From the NCBI GenBank assembly GCA_964569045.1, contig CAZMSR010000001.1:2593-66592 (forward strand): a stretch of 64,000 nt of DNA, read 5' to 3'. Positions 55,944 through 63,384 of the stretch are shown here, piece after piece. This DNA comes from an uncultured Gammaproteobacteria bacterium (GTDB taxonomy: Bacteria; Patescibacteriota; Patescibacteriia; Patescibacteriales; BS150m-G62). Made by a program: the position numbers and the translations under genes. The notes beneath the pieces were generated by a model. It did no database searches, was not told the DNA's origin, and saw only the letters and a list, made by a program, of their open reading frames with translations. The number at the start of each line of letters is the position of its first letter. Positions within the stretch are counted from its first letter, which is position 1.

Positions 55944-56670
55944 TTTAAAAAAAATAATAGAAAATATACGCGATATAGTATTTCCTATTGAATGTTTAGG
56001 ATGTAATTTTGAAGGGTTGTGGATTTGTAAGAGTTGCTTAAGACAAATAAAATTAAATAATACGCAAGTATGTATTTTTTGTAAAAAGGAAAATAAAGGC
56101 GAGGTTTGTAAAGAATGCAAACAGAATTATTTTGTTGATGGATGTGTTTCATTTGGACTATATAGTAATAAATTGTTAAGTAAAATAATTAGAGCTTTAA
56201 AATATAATTTGGCAAAAGAGTTGGCAGAAATACTAGCCAATTTTTTATTTATTTTGTGGAAAAATGAATTATCAAAAAGCTATATTTCAGATAATTATAG
56301 TGGTAATGAATTTATAAATACAGAATGGTTAGTTATTCCGGTGCCACTGCATAAAAGACGCGAAAGATGGAGAGGTTTTAATCAATCAGAGCTCCTAGCT
56401 AAAGCTTTTGCCGCGCGTACTAATTTAGTAACCGATGTAATAAATTTAAAACGAATAAATCAAAGCAAGGCTCAGGCAAAATCAAAATCTGTAAAAAGAC
56501 AACAAAACATTAAAAATGCATTTTCTTGGCAAGGCGTAAATTTAAAAGGACGTGCTGTTTTATTAATTGATGATGTAGTTACAACTGGCGCAACAATAAA
56601 CGAATGCGCCCGTGTTTTAAAGCAAAACGGAGCAACTAGAGTATATGGGTTGACTATTGCAAGAGGATAG
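55927..56670 (+). CDS. comFC: ComF-family phosphoribosyltransferase-domain competence protein (ComFC)
   Basis: N-terminal Cys4 pattern (CLGCN..CKSC, CIFC..CKEC) and PRTase motif LLIDDVVTTGATINEC. Overlaps the upstream gene by 17 nt. Confidence 0.85.
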   Translation: MLFGSSLKKIIENIRDIVFPIECLGCNFEGLWICKSCLRQIKLNNTQVCIFCKKENKGEVCKECKQNYFVDGCVSFGLYSNKLLSKIIRALKYNLAKELAEILANFLFILWKNELSKSYISDNYSGNEFINTEWLVIPVPLHKRRERWRGFNQSELLAKAFAARTNLVTDVINLKRINQSKAQAKSKSVKRQQNIKNAFSWQGVNLKGRAVLLIDDVVTTGATINECARVLKQNGATRVYGLTIARG

Positions 56671-56692
56671 CAAAATAAACCTTTATTATATT

Positions 56693-56852
56693 GGGACTGT
56701 CGCCAAACTCTCCTCACCCATAAATTGTTAATTTTGGCTAAATTTTTTTCAAATTTTTTTGGCTTACCTTAGGGTAGGCCTCAAAAATTATTCAAAAAAT
56801 TTATCTTAAAATTTCCAAATTTATGAATTAAAGCGAGTTTGGCGACAGTCCC
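56693..56852 (-). mobile_element. MITE-A copy 2 (160 bp, inverted relative to copy 1)
   Basis: Same 18-bp TIRs GGGACTGTCGCCAAACTC. The interior is the reverse complement of copy 1 with a few mismatches. Flanked by the direct duplication ATATT. Confidence 0.8.
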
Positions 56853-56911
56853 ATATTGTTTAAATATTTTTTTGTCTTGCGTTTGATTATTAAATAAGTT
56901 TAAATAATAAT

Positions 56912-58003
56912 ATGGAAAATTTAATTAAAAATATTGAAGAGTTAAGAGAAAAGGTTATTAAAACTCAAAAAGCATTAGATGTAGAAGCAAAAAAATCAGA
57001 AGTGCGAGATTTAAAGCGTAAAATGAGCAAGCCGGGATTTTGGGATAACAGGGCAGAGGCAGTACAAATTTCTAAAAAAGCAGAAGTTTTAGAAAGTGAA
57101 GTAGATACTTGGGAAAAGTTAAGATTAGAGATTAGATCACTTGAAGAATATGTTGCTCTGGCAAGTAAAGAAGGTGATGAAACAGTATATGATGAGTGTG
57201 AAAAAAGTTATCTAGACTTAAATAAAAAGTTTAAAGACCTTGAGTTTGCTGTGCTTTTTTCTGAAAAATATGATGAACTTGACGCAATTTTATCAATTCA
57301 TGCCGGATCTGGCGGGGTTGATGCTCAGGATTTTGCTTTAATGCTAGAAAGAATGTATTTGCGTTTTAGTGAAAAAAATAAACTAAAAGTAACACAGGTA
57401 GATAGAATTGTAGCTAATGAAGCTGGTATTAAAAGCGTAACTTATGAAATTAAAGGTAAGTTTGTTTATGGCAATTTAAAAAGTGAAGCCGGAGTACATC
57501 GGTTAGTGCGAATTTCTCCGTTTGATGCTGAATCAATGAGGCACACTTCTTTTGCGCTTGTAGACGTTGTACCGGTAATAGAAGAGGTCGAAAGCATAAT
57601 TATTAATGAAGGTGATTTAAGAATTGATGCCTATAAATCTAGTGGACCCGGTGGGCAAGGCGTTAATACAACTGATTCAGCTATTCGGATTGTTCATATT
57701 CCAACAAATATTACTGTGTCATGTCAAACAGAGCGCTCACAGCATCAAAACAAAGAAACAGCTTTAAAAATTTTAAAATCAAAATTGCATAAAATAGAAC
57801 TAGATAAGCGAGAAGCTAAAGAAGCAGAGTTAAGAGGTGAAATAGAAAAAGCTGAATGGGGAAAACAGATTAGGTCATATGTAATGCAGCCTTATAAAAT
57901 GGTAAAAGATCATCGCACAAAACATGAAACAAGCGATGTTGATGGTGTGTTTAACGGCAATATTAAAGATTTTATTAAAGCTTATTTAAAACATAAATTA
58001 TAG
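56912..58003 (+). CDS. prfB: peptide chain release factor 2
   Basis: SPF tripeptide (RISPFD) and GGQ motif (SGPGGQGVNTTDSA). A single uninterrupted ORF with no internal frameshift site. Confidence 0.92.
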   Translation: MENLIKNIEELREKVIKTQKALDVEAKKSEVRDLKRKMSKPGFWDNRAEAVQISKKAEVLESEVDTWEKLRLEIRSLEEYVALASKEGDETVYDECEKSYLDLNKKFKDLEFAVLFSEKYDELDAILSIHAGSGGVDAQDFALMLERMYLRFSEKNKLKVTQVDRIVANEAGIKSVTYEIKGKFVYGNLKSEAGVHRLVRISPFDAESMRHTSFALVDVVPVIEEVESIIINEGDLRIDAYKSSGPGGQGVNTTDSAIRIVHIPTNITVSCQTERSQHQNKETALKILKSKLHKIELDKREAKEAELRGEIEKAEWGKQIRSYVMQPYKMVKDHRTKHETSDVDGVFNGNIKDFIKAYLKHKL

Positions 58004-58008
58004 ACTCT

Positions 58009-61000
58009 ATGTCATTTATACATTTGCATGTTCATTCTCACTATTCCCTTTTGGATGGATTATCTAGATTTGATGAATTGGTTGAGCTTGTAAAAGCAGA
58101 TGGAGCTAATGCTGTCGCATTAACTGATCATGGTGTAATGTATGGTATTATTGAATTTTATCAAGTTTGTAAAAAAGCAGGTATAAAGCCAATAGTTGGT
58201 GTTGAGGCATATGTGGCTAAAGGCTCGCGCCATGAAAAAATAACCAAACAAGATGAAAAAAGAAACTATCATCTATTGCTCTTAGCTAAGAATAATCAAG
58301 GTTATAAGAATTTAATAAAATTAACCTCTATTGCTCATTTGGAGGGTTTTTACTATAAGCCGAGAATTGATTGGGAGGCTTTAACCGAGCATGCTGAAGG
58401 AGTTATTGCCTGCTCTGCATGTCTTGGTGGAGAAATTCCTCAGTTAATTTTGTCAGGTAATATTGACAAGGCTAAAAAAAGAGCTCTTGAGCACGAAGCT
58501 CTTTTTGGTAAAGGTAACTATTACCTTGAAATACAACCCCATACTGCAATTCCGGAACAAGATAAAGTAAATAAAACAATTGTTCAAATTGCTAAAGAAA
58601 TTAATATTCCGCTTGTGGCAACCAATGATTTGCATTATTTAAAATCCGATGATCATGAAGCGCAAGATATAATGCTTTGCCTTCAAACTAAGCAGAAAAA
58701 AAACAATACTGATCGTTTTAGCATGCATGGTAAAGATTTTTATTATAAAACTGAAAAAGAAATGGAAGAGGCATTTTCAGATTATCCTGAAGCATTAGCC
58801 AATACTCAGAAAATTGCTAATATGTGCAATGTAGAAATTGAACTTGGTAATGTACAATTGCCTTCTTTTGAAGTCCCTTCCGGTTATGACGATTTTACAT
58901 ATTTGGTTAAGATTTGTCATGACGGTTTAGTTACAAGATATGGGAAAAAATACAAGGAAATAACCGGAGAAATAAAAGAAAGGCTTGATTATGAGCTTTC
59001 TGTTATTGAAAAAATGGGTTGGCCATCTTATTTTTCTATTGTTGCTGATTTTGTAGTATGGGCCAAGAACGAAGGTATTGCTGTTGGGCCGGGAAGAGGT
59101 TCTGCTGCCGGTTCTTTGGTTTGTTATTTAACAGGCATTACTAATCTTGATCCAATTAAATATGAGCTTCTTTTTGAAAGATTTTTAAATCCGGAACGTG
59201 TGTCCATGCCTGATATTGACATGGATTTTTCTGATACTCGAAGAGAAGAGGTATTGCGTTATGTTGAAGAAAAATATGGTAAAGACCATGTGGCACAAAT
59301 TATTACTTTTGGTACAATGGCGGCAAGGGCGGCAATTCGCGATGTTGGGCGCGTATTAGATGTTCCGTATGATTTTTGCGATAAATTAGCTAAGCTAGTG
59401 CCTATGTTTTCAAATTTAGATGATGCGCTTGAAAATGCTGTTGAATTCAAAGAGATGTATGAACGTGATGCCATGGCTAAGCAGGTTATTGATTTTTCAA
59501 GAAAGTTAGAAGGAGTATCACGTCACGCTTCTACTCATGCTTGCGGAGTTCTTATTACAAAAAACCCTTTAACAGATTATACTCCGCTTCAATATGGATC
59601 ACAAGAAGGTAGTGATGGGAAAAAAGGCATTGTTTCACAATATTCGCTTCATCCGGTAGAAGATCTTGGACTACTTAAAATGGATTTTTTAGGTTTAAAG
59701 AATTTGACTATTATCGAATCTGCTATACGCATTATTAAAGAATCAACCGGTAGTGAAATAGATATAGAAAAAATTCCACTTGATGATAAAAAATCATACA
59801 AATTATTTCAAGATGGTGAGACAATAGGTGTTTTTCAATTTGAATCATCAGGAATGAAACGTTATTTAAAAGAGTTAAAACCGACTGAATTAGAGGATAT
59901 TATAGCCATGGTCGCGCTTTATCGTCCGGGCCCAATGGAGTGGATACCTGAGTTTATTAGTGGAAAACATGGCACAAAACGAATTTCATACTTGCATCCA
60001 AAATTAGAACCAATTTTAAAAAATACGTATGGGGTGGCAATATATCAAGAGCAGGTTATGCGCATGGCCAGAGATTTGGCTGGTTTTAGTATGGGGCAAG
60101 CAGATGTGCTTCGTAAGGCAATGGGAAAAAAGATTGTAAAGTTACTAGCCGAACAAAAAGAAAAATTTTTACAAGGATGTGTAGAAAATAAGATTCAAAA
60201 AACATTAGCAGAGAAAATATTTTCATTTATTGAGCCTTTTGCCGGTTATGGTTTTAATAGAAGTCATGCAGCCTGTTATGCTTTAATTGGGTACCAAACT
60301 GCTTATCTAAAAGCACATTACCCTCAAGAGTTTATGGCTGCATTATTAACGGCTGATCAGCAAAATATTGAAAGAATTGCCATAGAGATTGAAGAATGTC
60401 GTGAAATGGGTATTGAAGTTTTACAACCTGATATCAATGAATCATTTGAATCTTTTACCGTGGTTCCTAATAGCAATGAAGATGCTAAAGATATTAGATT
60501 TGGCTTAAAGGCTATAAAAAATGTAGGTGAAAACATATCTGAAGTAATAATTCGTGAGCGTAAAGAAAATGGTAAATATAAGGATATTAGTGATTTGCTT
60601 GAAAGGATTATTGATAGAGATATGAATAAAAAGTCATTAGAGAGTTTGATAAAGTGCGGAGCACTTGATTGCTTTGGTGAAAGAGGTGAGCTTTTAGCTA
60701 ATATGGAGAATTTATTAGAATTTAGCAAAGAAGTCGCTAAAATGAATTCTACTAATCAAAATAGTCTTTTTGGTGATGTTTTAAGCACAGGAAGTATAAA
60801 TAAAGTAAGAATAGACAAAGCCCCGGAAGCTATTAAACAAGAAAAATTAAAATGGGAAAAAGAATTATTAGGATTATACATAACCGAACATCCTTTTAAA
60901 GAGTATCAAAAGCATTTAGAAGAGTATTTTATAAATTTGAGTGATTTGCCAAATTGTGTGAATGAAACAGAAGTTACTATTGCCGGTATAGTTAGTGCAA

Positions 61001-61527
61001 TTAAAAAAATAACAACTAAGGCCGGTGATCCAATGCTTTTTGTGCGCCTTGAAGATCATATGGGTAGCACTGAGATATTGGTTTTCCCCAGGGTTTATGC
61101 AGAAACCATGAGCATTTGGCAAGAAGGTAGAGTTGTGGCATGTTTTGGTAAAGTATCAGACAAAGACAATGAAAGAAAAGTGCTTGCCAGTAAAGTTATT
61201 TGGCTTGAGCTTGATGCTATTGAAGGTCAAATGCAGCGTTTTAAAACTGAAATTCCTCAAAAAGGTGCAAAGCCGGCTTATAAAGCAAATTTTATTAAAA
61301 AATCAAATCCTTTAAAATTAGTATTTGTTCAAAAATGTACACCAGATCTTCTTTTAAAATTAAAAAGCATCCTAGATAATTCAAAAGGTAATGACAAGGT
61401 TTATTTAAAAGTCGAAAATAATGGGTCTTATAAGATAATTGAAACAAATTTTATGGTTAACAACACTGAAAAATTAGCAGAATCTATAAACTCTGACATG
61501 AAAGAATATGTTAAGGTTGTTGCCTAG
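58009..61527 (+). CDS. dnaE: DNA polymerase III alpha subunit
   Basis: N-terminal PHP motif FIHLHVHSHYSLLDG. 1172 aa collinear with DnaE (palm/fingers GFNRSHAACYA, OB fold near the C-terminus). Confidence 0.95.
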   Translation: MSFIHLHVHSHYSLLDGLSRFDELVELVKADGANAVALTDHGVMYGIIEFYQVCKKAGIKPIVGVEAYVAKGSRHEKITKQDEKRNYHLLLLAKNNQGYKNLIKLTSIAHLEGFYYKPRIDWEALTEHAEGVIACSACLGGEIPQLILSGNIDKAKKRALEHEALFGKGNYYLEIQPHTAIPEQDKVNKTIVQIAKEINIPLVATNDLHYLKSDDHEAQDIMLCLQTKQKKNNTDRFSMHGKDFYYKTEKEMEEAFSDYPEALANTQKIANMCNVEIELGNVQLPSFEVPSGYDDFTYLVKICHDGLVTRYGKKYKEITGEIKERLDYELSVIEKMGWPSYFSIVADFVVWAKNEGIAVGPGRGSAAGSLVCYLTGITNLDPIKYELLFERFLNPERVSMPDIDMDFSDTRREEVLRYVEEKYGKDHVAQIITFGTMAARAAIRDVGRVLDVPYDFCDKLAKLVPMFSNLDDALENAVEFKEMYERDAMAKQVIDFSRKLEGVSRHASTHACGVLITKNPLTDYTPLQYGSQEGSDGKKGIVSQYSLHPVEDLGLLKMDFLGLKNLTIIESAIRIIKESTGSEIDIEKIPLDDKKSYKLFQDGETIGVFQFESSGMKRYLKELKPTELEDIIAMVALYRPGPMEWIPEFISGKHGTKRISYLHPKLEPILKNTYGVAIYQEQVMRMARDLAGFSMGQADVLRKAMGKKIVKLLAEQKEKFLQGCVENKIQKTLAEKIFSFIEPFAGYGFNRSHAACYALIGYQTAYLKAHYPQEFMAALLTADQQNIERIAIEIEECREMGIEVLQPDINESFESFTVVPNSNEDAKDIRFGLKAIKNVGENISEVIIRERKENGKYKDISDLLERIIDRDMNKKSLESLIKCGALDCFGERGELLANMENLLEFSKEVAKMNSTNQNSLFGDVLSTGSINKVRIDKAPEAIKQEKLKWEKELLGLYITEHPFKEYQKHLEEYFINLSDLPNCVNETEVTIAGIVSAIKKITTKAGDPMLFVRLEDHMGSTEILVFPRVYAETMSIWQEGRVVACFGKVSDKDNERKVLASKVIWLELDAIEGQMQRFKTEIPQKGAKPAYKANFIKKSNPLKLVFVQKCTPDLLLKLKSILDNSKGNDKVYLKVENNGSYKIIETNFMVNNTEKLAESINSDMKEYVKVVA

Positions 61528-61549
61528 GCGAGCACTTATTGCTTACGAT

Positions 61550-61742
61550 CCTGCTCACACAACATATGCATTCCTTCACTGAGTGCAATATTGGCAATTT
61601 TTTTTTAGCTAAATTAAAGCTATGTCTTACAACTCTTTTAGTCGGTCTTAACGGACAAGTAAGACTATTATCGCTTTGTTTAACTAAAAAATTGAAACAT
61701 ATCGCATATTAGTTCAGAAATGCATTATATTGCGTGAGCAGG
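61550..61742. repeat. repeat family B, full-length 193-bp element with terminal inverted repeats
   Basis: CCTGCTCACACAACATATGCATT (left) versus AATGCATTATATTGCGTGAGCAGG (right). TATTGCTTA occurs at 61537..61545 and 61743..61751. Fragments of the element occur at five other intergenic sites. Confidence 0.55.
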
Positions 61743-61755
61743 TATTGCTTATGTT

Positions 61756-63384
61756 CTATCGACTTGCTCCTGAATATGCTATTGCACGTACAATATCCCA
61801 GGCAATAGTTGTTGTTGGAGAATCTTTATATATGTGCTTAAAGCTTTTTATGGCAGCTTTTTCAGAGTCTAAATTTCTATCTCGTGGTCTTAATCCATAA
61901 GCTATTACAGTTATTACAGCATCGTCATTGGGATTGTTTCTACTTGGCTCACGTTTGTATATATTTTTAAATTCTTCTGTGGCTCTTTTTTCTGAGGCTG
62001 TATTTTTTTGTGTGGGCCACCTACCATTAGCAATTTTTATTACATCTTCCCAGTCTTCTTTGGAGTCGGGTAGCTTTTGAAAAGCTGATTTAAAGCTATT
62101 GATTGATCCGGCTCTTTCACCTGCTCCCAATTTGATTGTAGTAAAGGTACCGTAAGTAATGAAATTATTTATGGATTTTCGATTTTTAGAGCTTAACTCA
62201 TTTTTGATATCAATTTTTTTTATGTATTTTTTAAATGTTGCATCTTCACTTGATTTATTTCTTTTTGTGTTAAATTTGACAACAAAAGTATCTGCATCAG
62301 CAGCATTAACCATTTCAGCCTCAGAAATAATTGAATTTATTAAACTTTCAGCTTTGTACTGCTTGTTATTATATTTTGTTTTGCTTAAGTTTGCATCAGC
62401 TTTTTCTGCTTTAAGTCCTGCTAATTTATTTGCCATATCAACTATTACTTGCCACTCCGGTGTGATTGTAGTTTTTTTAGTTGAATTTACATTATTATCT
62501 GTAAAATGAACTTGATGTGATTGAGGAGTTGATGTTAAGTGGCCTCCGTTGTTTCCAGCATTATTAGTGGTGGCAACGCAATTTGTTCCGGATAATTCAT
62601 AATCATTGTTGCAAGTGATTACGCAGTTATTGTCTATGTTTCCGTTTAATACATTAGTAGTTGAGCAAATCTGAATTTCAGAAGATGCGCTAGATTCATT
62701 TCCGCTATCATCAACAGCAGAAACAATATAGTAGTAAACATTAAATTCTTCTGTGGTTGTGTCTGTATAGCTTGAGCTTGTTATTGAAGTAGTATTAATT
62801 TGATTTGCTTGGCTAATGTTTACTCCTGTGGATGTGGCTCTGTATATTTCATATTCAAGTAAGTCTGTTTCAGTATTATCTAACCAGTTAATTAAAACTG
62901 ATGTTCCTGTGCCAGATGTCTGTGTTAGTTCGGTTGGAGCATTTGGCGCAGTTGAGTCTGTGGGAATTGTTGCTCCAAAAATTGTTAAATGATCTGTGTT
63001 TGAATTAAGTTCGATTTTGTAATCGGCATATGCCTCTGAATTGTTAATTAAAGTACTAACAAAAGCATTATAATCTGTTATAATTGTCCAGTCGGTGTCA
63101 CTAGAGCTTGCTTTAATGTATGCTGTTTTTGTTGTTGAAAGTGTAACCCAATTGCTTAGCGAAGTGTCCCAATACGAGTTAGTAAGAGCTCTAAGCTTAG
63201 AATAGTCTGTTAAAGAAGAGCTAATGTCATCTTTATAGTATACTAATTTAATTTCAATATCATCACTTAGGTTGGTTATTGTTGCTCCGGAGCTGTCTGT
63301 AGCTGTGATTTCTTTGCCAATGCTGCCTAAGAGAATATTCACCATTTGAATTAGTAGTAGTTGAAAATCCAGTTCCTTTAGCAA
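61756..63384 (-). CDS. C-terminal part of a large surface protein (FN3 domain + triple-repeat module), separated from its N-terminal part by a frameshift
   Basis: FN3-like APNAPTELTQTSGTGTSVLINW..YEIYR..YYYIVSAVDDSGNES. The C-terminal ~200 aa are paralogous to 10592..12655. The upstream reading frame continues in 63263..64000. Confidence 0.6.
   Translation of the reverse strand: MLKELDFQLLLIQMVNILLGSIGKEITATDSSGATITNLSDDIEIKLVYYKDDISSSLTDYSKLRALTNSYWDTSLSNWVTLSTTKTAYIKASSSDTDWTIITDYNAFVSTLINNSEAYADYKIELNSNTDHLTIFGATIPTDSTAPNAPTELTQTSGTGTSVLINWLDNTETDLLEYEIYRATSTGVNISQANQINTTSITSSSYTDTTTEEFNVYYYIVSAVDDSGNESSASSEIQICSTTNVLNGNIDNNCVITCNNDYELSGTNCVATTNNAGNNGGHLTSTPQSHQVHFTDNNVNSTKKTTITPEWQVIVDMANKLAGLKAEKADANLSKTKYNNKQYKAESLINSIISEAEMVNAADADTFVVKFNTKRNKSSEDATFKKYIKKIDIKNELSSKNRKSINNFITYGTFTTIKLGAGERAGSINSFKSAFQKLPDSKEDWEDVIKIANGRWPTQKNTASEKRATEEFKNIYKREPSRNNPNDDAVITVIAYGLRPRDRNLDSEKAAIKSFKHIYKDSPTTTIAWDIVRAIAYSGASR

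Noticed and set aside
20534-56852. CRISPR array or other regularly spaced repeats
   Set aside because: The repeated units are 160-bp elements 36 kb apart with TIRs and TSDs. I saw no short direct repeats with regular unique spacers anywhere.
56912-57020. Programmed +1 frameshift site in prfB
   Set aside because: The ORF is continuous from ATG 56912, with no in-frame UGA and no upstream short ORF.
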